Shown here one piece after another: positions 63,400 to 64,000 of a stretch of 64,000 nucleotides of DNA (its first letter is position 1; every line of letters begins with the position of its first letter). Origin of the DNA: a virus; the IMG/VR virus record IMGVR_UViG_3300028549_003662, positions 1 through 64,000 of that record; one strand, given 5' to 3'. The translations under genes were made by a program, and so were the position numbers. Below the pieces are notes generated by a model. It did not search any database and was not told the origin of the DNA. It saw only the letters and a program-made list of their open reading frames with translations.

Positions 63400-64000
63400 T
63401 TAGCCCTCCAGGATGTAGCTGATGGCCTCTTCCAGCGTGTCCACGGTCTTGACAGCGTAGCAGTCACCCTCTGCGCCCAGGAAGGTGATGAGGCTGGAAG
63501 CGCGCAGGATGCTGTAGTCCGCTGTGCCGGTGCGGATAAAGATGCAATGGCAGTCGTCGTTGCCGCGCTGAATGTACAGGCGGTCTTGGATGTCGTCGTA
63601 GTTCCATTCGATATCCACGCGCTCCGGCAGCCAGTCACCGACGCCGCTCTCCTGGTACTCGAACTTCAGCGGGTGCATGAGCTTGCGGATGTGCGCGGCC
63701 TCGTTGGGTGTGATGCGGCCCATGTCCACAACGTCCATCGTGTCCTCGGCCACAACGACTTCACCGTCCTCGCTGATGGGGAAGCTGTAGTAGGTGCCGC
63801 CCTTGTAGCTGAACATGGTGCCCGTTGTGGGGTCATAGACGACGCGGTCGCCGATACGCAGCGGCTCCCGTGACGTTTCCGTGAACTCTCTGACAGTGCT
63901 GTCATGGCCGCAGTTGATGCACATGCAGGAGCTATCAGGCGTCCACTCGAAGCCGTCGTGGTCGTCGGTGCCGCTGTCGCGGACCTGCACATTTGTGGTG
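63400..64000 (-). CDS. Protein with Zn-ribbon paralog domain, 5' end beyond window
   Basis: ..TTNVQVRDSG..EWTPDSSCMCINC...VREF; frame open to edge. Confidence 0.65.
   Translation of the reverse strand, partial: TTNVQVRDSGTDDHDGFEWTPDSSCMCINCGHDSTVREFTETSREPLRIGDRVVYDPTTGTMFSYKGGTYYSFPISEDGEVVVAEDTMDVVDMGRITPNEAAHIRKLMHPLKFEYQESGVGDWLPERVDIEWNYDDIQDRLYIQRGNDDCHCIFIRTGTADYSILRASSLITFLGAEGDCYAVKTVDTLEEAISYILEG

Noticed and set aside
1-64000. Genome-wide TAG recoding suggested by the amber at 35464
   Set aside because: Many genes end in TAG immediately followed by the next RBS and start; long genes have no internal TAG
1-64000. CRISPR array, tRNA, integrase/att site, reverse transcriptase/DGR
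   Set aside because: No repeat-spacer periodicity, cloverleaf, recombinase or RT motifs found by eye

Overview
A 64-kb piece of a GC-rich tailed dsDNA phage (or phage-like element). No integrase, tRNA, rRNA or CRISPR array is visible. Two 186-CI-type HTH proteins, an RdgC-like gene and a long ThyX suggest a Desulfovibrio-like host (inference). Layout: (i) 1-5059, leftward operon with SbcD/SbcC (Mre11/Rad50), a degenerate clamp-loader-like protein and a probable virion protein. (ii) 5206-23645, rightward replication and recombination arm: two HU-type proteins, ThyX, RuvC-like resolvase, RecA/UvsX, gp32-like SSB, primase-helicase and a UDG-like domain fused to family A DNA polymerase. It ends in an isolated portal plus scaffold pair and is interrupted by one antisense initiator-like HTH gene. 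(iii) 23716-64000, about 40 kb of tightly packed leftward genes: 3D-domain protein, RdgC, dNMP-kinase-like protein, SNF2 helicase, intein-containing C5 methyltransferase, then dozens of small early/host-takeover genes. Best leads: an intact type II hammerhead ribozyme between two early genes (61737-61813, minus strand); a stand-alone Csx16-like candidate anti-type-III-CRISPR ring nuclease (54260-54541); an apparently circularly permuted gp32-type SSB (12366-13169); a gene with a hairpin-flanked in-frame amber codon (35200-35583); a switch-like structured leader before the initiator-like gene; and a phage-specific promoter signature. All family assignments come from motif recognition by eye, not database searches.
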